Source: Girardia tigrina (Eukaryota). Taken from it: DNA of 58,835 nt. Below, piece after piece: positions 36,001 to 47,993 of this stretch (its first letter is position 1; every line of letters begins with the position of its first letter). The stretch spans positions 1-58,835 of the forward strand of contig MQRK01235089.1 in assembly GCA_001938485.1 (NCBI GenBank), given 5' to 3'. The notes under the pieces were generated by a model. That model did not search any database, had not been told where the DNA came from, and was given only the letters and a program-made list of their open reading frames with translations. Made by a program: the position numbers and the translations under genes.

Positions 36001-37770
36001 ATCGCAATTGGTAAATAAAACTCTATAGCGACGTTTGCTGAACTACCTTATGTCGCGAACGAAGAACAAGATCAACTCGAATCCACCAACACCGCACTTG
36101 GGGGAACATCACACAAGCAACTCAGTCGGATTTATCGAGGTCGAACAAAGGGTCGCGAACCGATCAGTTGACCAAGCCGACCGTTATCCGTGACGGGGAT
36201 TATCACCACACGTAAGGGCACCGGTCCGCAAAACGATATCCGAGCTTATGCCGATCGGTGAGCACTGTGTGGTGCTGGTGCGTGAGCGCCCACCAAACGC
36301 TCATACAACACCTCCGGCCAGCGAGTACCCGTACAGTCAAGAGCTCCGGGTTACAGCAACTTTACCCGGTAGCCAAACACCTCAGTAATTAAATTACAAA
36401 TCAGAATAATAGCATGTCATGTAATATATATATATTATTGAGTCTTGTGGACGCTAATTTGACATTCTTGAAAAATGATTTTGTTAAAGCTTTTTTAAGA
36501 AATTTATTATAGAACATTTTTTAGAATATAATTTTCCATCATCAGCAATTTTAATTTTGCGTGTAAGATAATAAAATATTAATTAATGAGACATTTTTTC
36601 AGTAAATATTTTATTTTCAGGATTTTATTGGGTATTAATTGAAAATTATTTATTTATTTTAATTAAAAATTTTAATATATGAGATTAGTTTCAAACTTAG
36701 AACGTCAATGAAACCTCTTTGGCACTACATATACTGCTGTGTGATTTAAATTTTCTTATATGCTTTATATCAGGCCAGTCAAACATGTGGCCCGCGATAA
36801 CATTATGAGGGATAATTTTGGGAGATAACTAAAGAAATTAATTTTGAAAATTATATTGAATATAGAATTTTAAAAAATCAATACCAATACAAGTCCTTGA
36901 CAATTGAGTTTTTGGAACTGCTGGGATTTTATTTTATTGCCTCCAAATTAACGATTAAAATAGTTCAAGGAGATCCGAATTATTTTTACATTTCAGAACT
37001 TTATTTACTTTGGCAGATACCGAATATTGTTACAAACTATTTTTCCCTGTCATTTTTATAACATTTTAGAGAGAGTACTGTGTTTTTATTCGGCCATCCA
37101 TTTATCCATTCGGGGGTTTTCCATTGCATTTGTTTAATAGAGGACAGTCTCGACTATTACAACCTATTGGATTACCAAAGTAACTATTTTATTTATTTCC
37201 TCCAAAAGTTGGACTTGACTTTCTCGTTAAACGTGATAGAATATCGTTATTTCTTCTTTGAATCCTTTCGTTACTTTCGTTATAATATATTAATTATTAT
37301 TGCTAATTTATTTTTGTGTTTCCGTACTGTAGGAATCATTTTAGTATTATATATATATATATATATGTGTGTGTGTATATATATCTACGATATATATTTA
37401 TTCATCTGAGTAAACTGATTTCTACAATATCCAATAAAAACCTGAAAAATGAAATATAATAACAATAATAACATAATTCATTACAATATTTTCAATAAAA
37501 ATAAAAATTAATTTAATTAATTAATCATTTGGTCAACCTTTCAGGGGTGTAGTACAATTATTTGGGAAAAATTGTTCTCTTCTACAAACCTCTTTGGAAC
37601 AATCATTACCTATTTTATACCGCTACTTATATATGAGGTAAATTCTAGATTCATTTATTTTTTTATTAATAAACTCAATTTAGTTCACGATAGCGATTCT
37701 TTTGGTTATTTCGGCCATTGGAAAATGCACGACGAACATCTATACAAACTCGTACAATAAATTCCAATGA
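14700..37770 (+). CDS. Tetraspanin-family gene, 9 coding exons, 281 aa
   Basis: Exons 14700-14762, 18913-19066, 24259-24362, 27858-27932, 34035-34139, 34908-34989, 35037-35119, 37545-37637, 37684-37770. All introns are GT-AG with consistent phases (846 nt, stop TGA). Four TM segments; EC2 has CCG, PLSCC, C and GC (6 Cys). Confidence 0.92.
14985..15082. repeat. (AT)n microsatellite spanning a gap
   Basis: atatat runs on both sides of an N run. Confidence 0.9.
16762..17097. repeat. Long inverted repeat / foldback MITE
   Basis: Near-perfect arms of about 120 bp (16762-16884 and ~16964-17097) around a short spacer. Confidence 0.9.
17460..17610 (+). pseudogene. Possible chromodomain-like relic
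   Basis: W*KIDSISVNEGKTYVKVVKW followed after a frameshift by DEINDM*ELENFTILDILDEWE. Confidence 0.35.
17885..18420 (-). mobile_element. Degenerate hAT (Ac/BED-type) transposase relic
   Basis: Minus-strand LRRVIRKFK...KLKLDIKTQWN resembles the LxLDxxTRWNS motif. Confidence 0.6.
18913..19066 (+). CDS. Tetraspanin exon 2 (TM1 end + EC1)
   Basis: ttag|GGA TTT ... AAA A|gtaagg. Confidence 0.8.
19561..19629. repeat. (AAAAAATT)n simple repeat
   Basis: Tandem A6-8T2 units. Confidence 0.85.
19905..21000 (+). mobile_element. Degenerate Tc1/IS630-like element
   Basis: TA-CAGGGT-type start near 19905. FLPIYSLQLNPIE*VFSKWK at ~20818-20880 matches the YSPxLNPIE motif. Confidence 0.65.
21025..21062. 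repeat. (AT)n microsatellite before a 930-bp gap
   Basis: Direct inspection. Confidence 0.9.
22110..22208. repeat. Cluster of CACCTACTATT motifs, direct and inverted
   Basis: Four direct copies and one inverted copy, including the palindrome CCACCTACTATTTTAATAGTAGGTGG. Confidence 0.75.
24259..24362 (+). CDS. Tetraspanin exon 3 (TM2)
   Basis: ttag|GT TCA TGG ... GGC CAG|gttagt. Encodes SWTMYLLGFVILCSYMHLCAFLSLVLKWPYFYGQ. Confidence 0.8.
24478..26321 (+). mobile_element. Internally deleted hAT element (KIAA1586/ZNF862-like transposase) in tetraspanin intron 3
   Basis: 16-bp TIR CAGGCATTATTCTAAG. Perfect 8-bp TSD AATATCAC. Transposase pieces FEVRWTEF, FLADIL and KPHSAEVERVIS. Confidence 0.93.
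27183..27263. mobile_element. 81-bp piggyBac-type MITE
   Basis: TTAA|CACGTTGACGGACAGT ... ACTGTCCGTCAACGTG|TTAA. Confidence 0.85.
27858..27932 (+). CDS. Tetraspanin exon 4 (TM3)
   Basis: tttcag|TTT ... ACT|gtaagt. 75-nt exon encoding FLILLFTVLAAIIAYTTLTAVFRQT. Confidence 0.9.
28747..29430 (+). mobile_element. Mariner 5' half, truncated where a gypsy fragment begins
   Basis: TIR-like ggctgtctaataagttcccggaat. HTH ORF 28943-29302 (TVFEWYKRLKEGRQSLVNDPRCGRP). Confidence 0.88.
29430..30770 (-). mobile_element. Ty3/gypsy gag-protease fragment with tRNA-Leu-type PBS
   Basis: LCYYHSRFG...C...C gag knuckle and FLIDTGSAISVVP protease. PBS TGGTGTTAGAAGTGGGAT on - at ~30748-30765, next to an LTR-like ...ACA end. 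Confidence 0.88.
31038..32323 (+). mobile_element. Mariner, 1286 bp, Mos1/mauritiana-like
   Basis: TIRs tt(c/a)ggtgtataacttagttttttggatttt with TA TSD. ORF MTTFIPTKQHLREALLFCFNQKKK...GKWIP...SPDCAPSDYHLF. Premature stop at 32158 and a central gap. Confidence 0.95.
33390..33921 (+). mobile_element. Mariner 3' fragment
   Basis: NDNAPVH and HPLYSPDFVSSDFYFF motifs. TIR-like gccgggtacttattgatc near 33900. Confidence 0.85.
34035..34139 (+). CDS. Tetraspanin exon 5 (EC2 helices)
   Basis: taag|ATT ... CAA|gttagt. Ends VDYFQTQ, the DxxQ motif that precedes CCG. Confidence 0.85.
34908..34989 (+). CDS. Tetraspanin exon 6 (CCG motif)
   Basis: taag|AAT TCC TGT TGC GGT ... TTG A|gtaaag. Confidence 0.9.
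35037..35119 (+). CDS. Tetraspanin exon 7 (PxSCC motif)
   Basis: Follows a 47-nt intron. Encodes VVYPLSCCLDSNLADINLCILNRSVTQ, then gtatgt donor. Confidence 0.9.
37545..37637 (+). CDS. Tetraspanin exon 8 (GC motif + TM4 start)
   Basis: ttcag|GGG TGT ... GAG|gtaaat. Confidence 0.9.
37684..37770 (+). CDS. Tetraspanin exon 9 (TM4 end, tail, stop)
   Basis: Follows a 46-nt intron. Encodes FTIAILLVISAIGKCTTNIYTNSYNKFQ*. Confidence 0.9.
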   Translation, partial: FTIAILLVISAIGKCTTNIYTNSYNKFQ

Positions 37771-37954
37771 AACTTCGGAATTTATAATTGAATTAATATT
37801 TATTTCTCACATTTTTTTTACTAAAACATTCTCCGCTTTCCTATTTATAAACTTTGTTGTACGACGTTTTGATGGCCTGATAGTCAATTTTTATGAGGAA
37901 TGGTTGGACGTTTTTAATAAATGAAGATCATTAACTGAAAAATCAAACTTTTTA

Positions 37955-38036
37955 ATATATATATATANNNNNNNNNNNNNNNNNNNNNNNNNNNNNNNNN
38001 NNNNNNNNNNNNNNNNNATATATATATATATATATA
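37955..38036. repeat. (AT)n microsatellite spanning a gap
   Basis: Direct inspection. Confidence 0.9.
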
Positions 38037-39699
38037 TTGGCTAAAAATATAATAATAAATAAATAGTTTGCAGCTCTCAGTGTAACCACCAAACATTTGA
38101 CTTTCACGTACATTTTTGAAGATATCTTTATCTTTGTGGCTGAATACAAATATGATATCTGTGGACTTGAAGGAAACAAAATAAAAATTGGTTTGCAGAT
38201 TTGAATAAACTGCATGCGATAGAGAATTTGGTTAAAGGTATTTTTGAAAAATTATTTTTAATTAGTACGGTACCTATGTAATATAATCGAATTGAAAGTG
38301 CGATTTGATTATGTTAAGAGACTGTACTATCGAAGGACACGGTTGTCCATCATAAGTTATGCGTCCAAATACATAATTGTTTCAAGTCAGTTTTTGTGCT
38401 TCATGCCGTTCGTTCATGATTATTTGTTTATGTCGGGTTGGACGGTAGAAACGCCAATTTTACAATAATTTTAACCGGACGCGGCGGACGACAAAATAAA
38501 TTCAAAATATCACGGAAGCTAACACCGTTCATGTCGTCGAGAGATGATGAAACGATTCGAAATCTTATTTTTTCAAATTCCCTATTTTTCTTTTAATAAT
38601 ACATGTGTTTTTTTGTAAATTGTTGTTTTTAGGTTTTTTTTAATTATTTACGTTATTAGTCCAATCGATTTAGATTTTCTAATGCTATCGACACGCGTTA
38701 ATGAACGGAATTAAAGTAAAATTAAATTTCTTTTTTATAATTCGAAGAAATTACAATTTCCGACAACAAATTTGGCAAATGTGGCTGGAGTGAGCACGAC
38801 TTCCTGAGACAAATCGCTCTAACTTCTCTTAGAAATCTTGGTTATATTGATTAGCGCCTAACGATATCCCAAGTCAATTTTTATTTGCAAAAAATTACTT
38901 TTAATTGTTAGTCATTAGTAATTTATTTTTGAATATGAAAAAGTTTTCTCTGGTTACCGTATATCGATATAAGTATGTCCTTGGGTCACGCTATATGTTT
39001 TAGCTACATACAGTTGACACATAGCAATCTGTAGAGTGACTTAATGTTATCATTCGGGCTAAGGTACAATCCATAGCACAAATGTTTATTAAATGTTTCA
39101 GGGGATCATTATTCAACCCTGTCAGCACTCTACAATCTTTAAAAAAGTATTTACATGAAATTTGAATAAAAAACTATTTACAGAATCATTATAAATTAGC
39201 TAAATAAGTTTAAATTTGGACATTATATTCTTTTAAGTCTTAAATTAATTAGCAGCTTATAATAATATAAATTTTTTTAATCCGAACTTCTCGAGGACTT
39301 GGCTGAGGGACATCAGGAAATGTCGGAATATGGAAATCCTAACACGAAGAACGGATTAATGGTAATTATTTTTCAATCTCAACTTAAGCTGCTTGCAAAT
39401 AATTCATAAAATGCTTCGAAAATTAATCTTCTTTTATATTTAATGTTTTTTCAAGTGGACACATCTAAAGAAAGGAAATCGATGATAGGGGTCTTCCTTT
39501 TCTTCATGGAAAAGTAACATTTGTATTTCTTTTATTCTCAATCACCTGTTCTTATATAAAATGGTTCACATATTAAAATTACAGTCAAACAGCTTTTACA
39601 TTAAATAATAATAAAACAATAGTTGCACAATTATATGTTTTTATATTTGAATGTAACAAGATATAATTTCCTTCCTATGGTTATTTTTTCTTTTTTTAA

Positions 39700-40290
39700 A
39701 TAATATGACTTCTCATTTCGTGCCTTACTTTATTAAATTGGACAAATACGAGAAGCAACTTCTGTGCTTTCAAGCGAACCTCAACAATCATGCTGAAATA
39801 GATGATGGATTCCAGGATAATATCGTGACAGAGGACAAAACAAAACTCTCCTTCTGCAGCTCAAAATATAAAAACAATAAAAAAGGGAGACAACAATGGG
39901 AAGGGAGGACTCGAAAATTACGGAGTGTATTCTTTCAGGGACCATTTTTTAGGATTCACATGGCGTTGATTACACTGATCTCATTGAGAAAGCCACAAAA
40001 TCAATGGCAAATATCACGTGTGTGTTATTAGAAGAATTTCATCGGAAAAGGCGAAAGTCCTATGGCCATACACGGTTTTTATTCTATGAAAATCAGCTCG
40101 ACGACAAATCCACTGGGGCCCAGGCTGATATTCAACGAAGTGCCTTCTCGGAACATTTTCGTCCTCCTTGCAGTTCGGATCTTCCTCCAAGCAATCTCTT
40201 CCTGTTCTGCTACCTGTGGATGCATCTGGAATTGAAAAGTTTTAAAGACGAAGATAATTTAGTGGAATAATCTTCGGTTTTTTGACATAA
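39700..40290 (+). mobile_element. Highly degenerate mariner relic
   Basis: TSHFVP, NIVTEDKT and PPCSSDLPPSNLFLF echo the 11.4-12.7 kb mariner. Confidence 0.75.
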
Positions 40291-40629
40291 CCACGTAGAA
40301 AAAACTGAACAGAAATGTCTGCAGAATAATTCTTACAATTTACTATTAAATAAAAACAGATGTTCATTTGAATAATTATACTCAAAACAAAGTTATGGTA
40401 AGGACAACATGGGAGATGGACTTGGACATTCAGTATTTTTCTTTAAATTTTAACTTTCAAAATTAGCTTCTTTTAACTTTAATCAATGATGAAATGATAA
40501 AATTTTAGATATTTTTAATATAAATGATAAAATTTTAATTCTTCCAATTAATTGATGGAAGTGGAAGAATAAGATAATAACTCACTGAGGCTTTATAATA
40601 TCTGTTCCAGGAGTTCGTCAATTAATTCT

Positions 40630-42210
40630 CTTGAACTGTTAGGTCTATTTTGACTCATAATAGTTGGAACGGCGTTCAATCCGCACTCCATTCGAGTCAT
40701 AGCGTAATAAACCCATTTTTAAACAACTGCTTGATAAGTACATAGTTTCTCCGAGAACTTGATATAAAGATATGCTTCTTTCAGGTCTACAACGTCAAAT
40801 TTACTACATTTTGATCTCAATTTGCGATTTTTTTCAAGGCAGGCTTGATTTGACCCACTATATACATCAATAAATTTATTCAAGACACTCTAATCCATAA
40901 AAGGACGAACCTTACGTTTCGCCTCTTGTATTACAGCAAAGATAGGGATGTTGGAAGTTGGTGGACCCAATTTTGTCTCATCATATTTAGTAAATAACCC
41001 TTGCGTATCAACTAGTCAATTGTACACTCAAACTCATGTTTTACCTCAGGTTTGGGCTTATTATTTGCATATTTATTTACAAATGACGGCTTGACATCAT
41101 ATTTCCCCTGCCAATCAAATTCCCTCGAAGTTCCATTGAACCTGCGCAATAAAATATGACTCAATAATTCTCAAATTGTCCTTTTTAAGTATAGCCGCGC
41201 AACCAATGTGGTCAAAAGTTGCTATCCCGTCTATAATAAATACCACACCTAATTCATTTATCGTGTTTAGACCAATAATTATTTCTACTCCAGCAAGAAA
41301 ATCCTCTACCTTCAAGCAATATGTTATTATCTTTTTCGCCCAGCAATTTTAATACGAATCTTCTCGTTTTTGCTTTCTAAGCAATCACCATTCATTATCA
41401 CAATCCACTCATCATGCTTCCAAACTCCTTTCCATTATGACCGTGATGCTTCAGCCTGCATCTATCAGAGCATAAACCTTCCTACCCCTGTAAATGACAT
41501 CAGTCAAAATCATGGAACCCTTACTTAACGAAATACAATCGGTCCCCATTAATTAGTATCTCTCTGTTTGTTTCCTGAAGTGTTTTTTGCAAAATTGCTA
41601 ACAGCGTTATATTTAAAACATATCACTTGATAATTTGTTAGATGAAAGCTTTTTTGGTGACTAACATTCGCCGTAACACTACTTTGAACTTTTGCTGCAC
41701 TTTAGTGCTGACACTAACACCAACACGTTCTCCAGTAGCATTTAATCTTTTGGTTCCAAGAAGTCCTAACTCTATATCGTGATGCAATTCCACTAATCTT
41801 CTGCTATAGCTGATCATTTGATGGATATCATTGTACTTTGTTTTCACCAACTCCTATGCTACATGAGAAGGTATGCCATTAATAAACGCCATAATTATCA
41901 TATCACCGCTTGCTTTTCCAAGTGACTTTATCAAATTGTAATACACTTCGAAAGATTAGCCCTGTTGATATTTTCGATTAATAAAACTTACGATATGCTG
42001 ATATGTAAGACATTACAAGAACCCTTTTCATCGCATTTTTGATCTTCTCGTATGATTCTTTTGTTTCACCCGAGAAGTTCACGTACATTTTTTACGCGTC
42101 GTCAATGAATTGTAATGACACAATTTTATTTAGTTTGTCTCAGTTTCTAATCGAAAATGCGATTTAGAATTTGTCGAAAAATTCCCCTACCTCAGAACTG
42201 ATGCCATTAA
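40630..42210 (-). mobile_element. Degenerate Ty3/gypsy gag-protease-RT fragment
   Basis: KVYALIDAG protease motif. VDLKEAYLYI...YQAV...YAMTRMECGLNAVP RT motif. Confidence 0.8.
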
Positions 42211-43261
42211 ACTTCGGAGATTAATTTCTAGGATTAATTTGATATCTGTCTTGTTTCTGAATAGTTTGTAGAATGTGAAAAAAATCGAAAATAATCAAAA
42301 ACAATTCGAAATCAAAAAATAATATTTATTGAACTCCCAATTTCAAATACACACGTGTTTCCCGAAAAACTGCAGAATATTAAAACAAAATATATGTACA
42401 TGTGCACTATTGATTTGCACATGTGCAATATCGATTAGCACATGTGCTGACCTCGCCTCACCCCGGCGGGGTGAGGTAGAAAACCCATTATCAATTGGTT
42501 CAGTATCCACATTCAAATTTATTATGAATAAATATATTATGATTCCTCCAAGATGAATTCAACTATTCGAGGATCACTGGTAGACAGTGACAATCACAAA
42601 CAATCGTTAAACTTATCTGATAGAGCAGACTGATGAAAGTAACGGTATCATCTGGTTTCCTCAACCCATTGCAAGAGCAGATCTCTGTGGTCAGTGAATT
42701 TCAGTGGTCTTTGAAGGTTCTATTTAGTTATGAAATCCATGTTCTGTTACCAAATGCTTAGTGCATTACCCAAGTTGCCATATAGACTAACCGGTGGTAG
42801 CAGACTCAAGATTTTGTGGAGTCGTGTTGAACCATTTTTTTTCATTTCCTCATTAAGTCATTAAAATTACTTCAACTCATCATCATTTTTCCTACAATAA
42901 ATGTATTTCTTTAAAAACATTCTTTCAAAAAATTTATCAAAGTTCTTTTAGATTAAGAAAATCTAAAAATCAGAAAACTTTGAAAATTTCATTCGTATGA
43001 CAAAATACAAAATTACTTTTCGTTCAAAATACACAAAATTCGTTTCGTTCGTAAATATCTCAAAATTATTCATCTGACAAAATCTAAAAAATATTCGTTT
43101 GATATAAGTCGATAAAATTCGTTCGTTCAAAAATACAATAAAAAATCAGAATTCAAGAAATTCGTTTCAAAAATTAAATCGATAATGTCAAGAAAAGTTA
43201 GATTAAAAAACCAGTTTCAAGAAACAAACTTAACTTGGCAAAATATAAATTTGTTTGACAG

Positions 43262-43705
43262 TTAACTGGCCGTTTAATGCACCTCAACTCCTTTACGGTA
43301 TTAAGCCTGAGGCTTTTTAGGAGGCCTGGGACGCTGATGGTTCTCAATTAGCACTCTCCCATGTGAGGATCCATGCTTTAGCCCAGCCGGTTTTTCAATG
43401 CAACAGCCTCATTGCAAATACCTTCATCAGGATTGATTCATCCCAAATCATTACGTGGCAATCCAACCATCGACACTGGGGTCACTACTCCCCACGGCCT
43501 TCACACCCAGATCGTAAAGCTTAGCCTAGTGAATGGATTGCTAGCCCATTCCTGAATACGATACATTACCGGCTTTTTCCGCAATAATCGGCTAGCTTTC
43601 AGACACTTTAGCCTAGAGACGGAATCGAACCCAATCTAGTTTATCAGGGACACTACGTAGATAAAGCAGAATGTCTGCTAGCCGCACAGTTGATCCCTGA
43701 CGCCG
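43262..43705 (-). mobile_element. tRNA-derived SINE (putative)
   Basis: GC-rich ~440-bp island. On -, an A-box-like segment near the 5' end, then B box GGTTCGATTCC (~43621-43632). No full cloverleaf. Confidence 0.6.
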
Positions 43706-44309
43706 TTTCATAAATTATGCCACACGAAAAAATTACTTTTTAAATCCCCTCCCCCTGTCACAACGTGTCACAAAATCTCAATGACTCATTCCCACTTATG
43801 ACGTAAAAAAATCGTTAAATTTTTTTATGAAGGAAAAATACTATAAATAACATTTTTTATTACATAAATATCATTTTTATTTAAAATTCCATATATTTTT
43901 CAAGTGTGTTTCAATATTAATCATAGGAATGTTTCCATCGAAAGCGTATAGATCATGTTCATTTACTTTAGCATCGATATATTCTTCATTTATCCATTCG
44001 ACGTCTTCATCAATTTCAATCAAGATATTCTTTCGCTTTGCTTTTATTTTTTAGCTTCTTTTTAGTGTTGATAATACGATTATGGATGCTCTTACGATGA
44101 ACTTTTAACATTTCTAAAGAAGCACAATATAAATTACAGTCTACACAGACTCGAATGAAAAACTCGATGAGATTTTTTCATTTTAAATTGAGAATTATTT
44201 AGACAAAAACGATAAAATTGACAAAATTATATGATAAGTCGAAGCTGATTGCAAAGTTTTATTTTATCAATCAAAAATCTACACGCTCAAAGTTACCCCA
44301 ATTAATCAG

Positions 44310-46870
44310 TTCAGTTAATCAATCGTATTTAATTCCGATTGCTATTTCTCCACACACCCCCATGCCCTCAAGGCACACAAGCAGACACCGCTTGAGCAGG
44401 GGGACCCGATCACCGACACTGGCTTGAATTCCCGCACAGACGAATTCCTCGAATCTCACTGGACGGCGAATAGTTCTTTGTGGCCGCCCCACCAGAGACT
44501 CTCTTCGCTCTTTTAACTTGCATTCGACGGCTTGTGGCCCGTCCCGATCGCCACTTTCACTATTCGCGTGCGGATCACCCATATCCCTGATCTCGTTTTG
44601 TCCGATATCATCACTGCCCATCGCGGCTTGGGCCGACAGCACGGGACTTACGTGGTAAGGTCTGCCATCGACTTCCACTTGATGAAGCAAGTACAATACA
44701 GTAATCGTTGCGCGTCTCCACTGTGACATGTACGAATAAGGTAGTGCCGGTTTCACAAATACTTCATCTCCGATTCGAAATCTCTTAGTTCGTATTTCTC
44801 GACTCTGACGGATGTTAATGAGGTTGAACGCCTTCGGCAATATTACCCTCCATCTGTGTGCAAAGATGTTTGAGGTGGGAATGACCTACTTGCGTTTGGT
44901 GTTGCATTATACCACGCAAGCATCTCACCCACTAGCCTGTTACTCCGAGCTACCATTCGTTTAGTAGTCCTGTGACCACGTTCCACAATTCCATTTCCGC
45001 TCGGACGGTTCACGCATCTGAAGTGAGCTTCGATACTAACTCGTTCTAGTAGTCTCGACACACCCGCCCCCAGAATGTGCAATAGTTATCGAGAATTACT
45101 TCTTCTAGTGGACCGAATTCGTTCCAGATACTGTACATTGAGGAACAGATGTCTGCTACACTATCCGTCACAATTTAGCGCCATATCATAAATTACTCGG
45201 GATCGCAGTCAACCATGGCCAGAAATTTTGCAGTCCTGACGTGTGTTACATCCACAGCAACTCAGGTCCACGATTTCCTTACCCCGAGATCATTTTTCTC
45301 CCACTGAATTGGCGATGGATCGATTGATGCACACTGCTCACACTCCTGAATCACTCCTCTGAATTGGTCTTCAGATACCTTGCCCGGACACCATCTTTTT
45401 CTAGCTAGGAACATCGATCTTCTCCCTTCAAAATGATGCATCTCGTGGAGTTGCTTAAGACCGTTCACTGATTCTCGTTGATCTCCGACAGTTACTGCTG
45501 CTGCCACCGCGGGGTTTCTTGCCAACGTCCACCAGCTGGCTGGAACCCGAGTCAGTGCGTCCGCTTTGTTTTCTTCTGATCGGACCAGTGTTATGGTGAC
45601 TTTCAATTTCTCTTCCTCTACGACATGTTTAAATAGGTCCACCCGCCGCCTGATTAGAATCTCACTGAGTGTCTGAGATCTAATCGGTTCGCGTCCCGAC
45701 ATTGTCGATGAGAGTCATTTGGTGATTGTTGCTGAATCGGTTAATAATTCCAATTCTCGAATTCCCCATTTGATTCTTTCTTTGAGTGCGCAGTTTGCGG
45801 CGTCAAACTCAGCTAAATTGATGTGGTCAGTGTCGTCTTTCTTTCGCAACCAACATGCATCCTCGACGACGTCACCGCCTATTTCGATGCATATACCAAC
45901 CGCAATCGAGCTTGCGTCGCACCACACACGCCCTTCTCGATTTGCGGTATCTCCACTTTGCCCCTGGCTGGATCTTCCGTTTTGATTCGTTGCACCAACT
46001 GCCGAGCTATTTCCGCTATTTGAGGTTTCACGACCGTGTCCCATCCACAATCGCTGGCCATCGTTTTGATAATGCTCTACGCCGGTCGTAACCAAACACA
46101 GACCGGGTAATGTACCACCAACCGACCAATCCATACGAATAAATTGTGGCGAATGACTTACTCTGGTAGTGATGGAACTTCTCCGTCACGGTGCCACCGT
46201 AATTGACCACCTTCGTTCACCTTAACCGAGAGACCCAACAATCGACCGCCATCTATGGGAACTGGATCTTTCGCCTCTAACCCAAAGCCCTACAACACTT
46301 CTAGAACTCGATTTACTGGCATTTCGGCGATATTGACTGCGATGTCATTATAGTAAGCGTCTGTGTTCGCCTGCACCACCGGATCCAACCCCAACACGTG
46401 TGATAAAATTTTCTGCATTATTTTACCACAAGGTTAGATAATAAGATCTATACCGATGTTGTTTCACCTGGTAAGCCCACAAGGATTGGTTGACCTTTAT
46501 TTGTAGAAAAGCCCGCCGCAGATCCACAATGACGAGATTTCATCCCATTCTGCGGCATTTTTCAACTTTTTAGAGCACACCAGGCTCTCGGCCGTATGAC
46601 TTGAGATTGACTTGTTGAGCTCCCGGTAGTCGAGGTTTGGTCGAACCTTCGCTTTTGCTACTTAAAACACTGCCATGAAGGGCAGTGTCGGCTGCCGGTG
46701 TCTTTCACATTCCACCATCCATCCTTTCGCTTTCCAGTCTTCGAGTTCGGTATCGACTTCTAATTCATCCGTCCGAGCGAATTCATACTCCGACACTCGC
46801 CCATCTTTCCATTGCCACGTAACGGACCAAGATGATTCATCGAACACTGCCGTGAAATCCTGATTTTGAA
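44310..46870 (-). mobile_element. Ty3/gypsy pol fragment (RT, RNase H, integrase) with PPT and start of 3' LTR
   Basis: RT: LDYRELN and VDLRRAFLQI. RNase H: WCDASSIAVG...INLAE and NKADALTR. Integrase: H..HH..C..C and PSGNGIVERGHRT. PPT GGGGG followed by TGTG at ~44355. Confidence 0.92.
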
Positions 46871-47993
46871 GCGAGTTTTTTATATGTATACCAACTGAAA
46901 ATTTCCTTTCTCAAGATACCATACTAATTGTCTACTATAATCAAGAAATCCTGTGTTAAACATTTTAGAAATTGGCCACCATATTATAATTCCAAATCAA
47001 ATTACATTCAAAACTATTTATCCAGCTACAACCCTTAAAGAAGCGAATCACAATAAAAAATCATTTTTATTCCGAAACTTATCATTATAGATTACATATT
47101 TTTCAAAATATATTTCGAACGAACATTCTGAAATTAAGTAATCAAAAACCAAATTTAGTCCGACGCTTTCATTTATAAATATAACAGTTCAGCACAAGAG
47201 CCGTTATTAACAATAAATGCACAAAGAAATTAAGTAACGTTAACTCATTTGTTAATTCATTTTCTTCATACACCTTTTTTCTTGTTTACTGTGATTCAAA
47301 GTCATTGACTTTGTTTTATTTCTTCCGTTTGACTGAGGAAGCTCGCTCTCATAAGTCAACCAATCAGAGCTATTCCCTCGAGTCAATCTTCCCACTCCGA
47401 TGGACGATGACTCGACTAAAAATGACAGAAAACAAGAGTAATAATAACCAGAACAAAATAAATGTACGGCTTCAAATTCAAAATTCGATTATTAATTTTT
47501 ATATTTAATTGAATTCATTTTAATTAATTATTTCCATTTTATTATACATATCTTTTTTACAAGTATACAAAAGCAGCAAGATCATGTAAATTAATCAGTG
47601 ATAATGTCATTCGAAAAAAACAAAAACAATCCGAATCCGGATTGAAAGACTATCTTTGGACAGAAGAGGGAAATAAATAAAGATAACGACATATATTAAG
47701 ACAAATTCAGTTTGAAATTCTGTAACAATGCTACTGATGTAAAAAAATCGTATATTGTTTATTACAAGAAAATATTGATTTTTGCAAGTCAAATACGTCA
47801 GTGATACAACTTATCATGAAATGTTTGTCGAATCAGTAGGAATAGGGTTGTTTAGGGCCTGCAATCAACTTAAGATGTTTCATTAAAATTGTTCTTAACT
47901 TTATTCTTTATTAACTGAAACACAAAAATGTTTTTAATTCAAGAAGAAATATATCGTTTATTGTTTCACAATTTTTTTAAATAGTAAAAATGT

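Noticed and set aside
36771-36800. Buster/SPIN-like terminus (caggccagtcaaacatgtggcccgcg)
   Set aside because: A lone short match with no partner end or TSD.
42625-42660. CTGATGAAAG as a hammerhead core
   Set aside because: No stem II-GAAA arrangement follows.
43385-43450. CTGATGA...GAAA on - inside the SINE as a hammerhead
   Set aside because: No NUH site with a proper stem I/III, and stem II does not close at the core.
43600-43705. tRNA gene
   Set aside because: A B box is present, but there is no convincing cloverleaf or acceptor stem. Treated as a SINE head.
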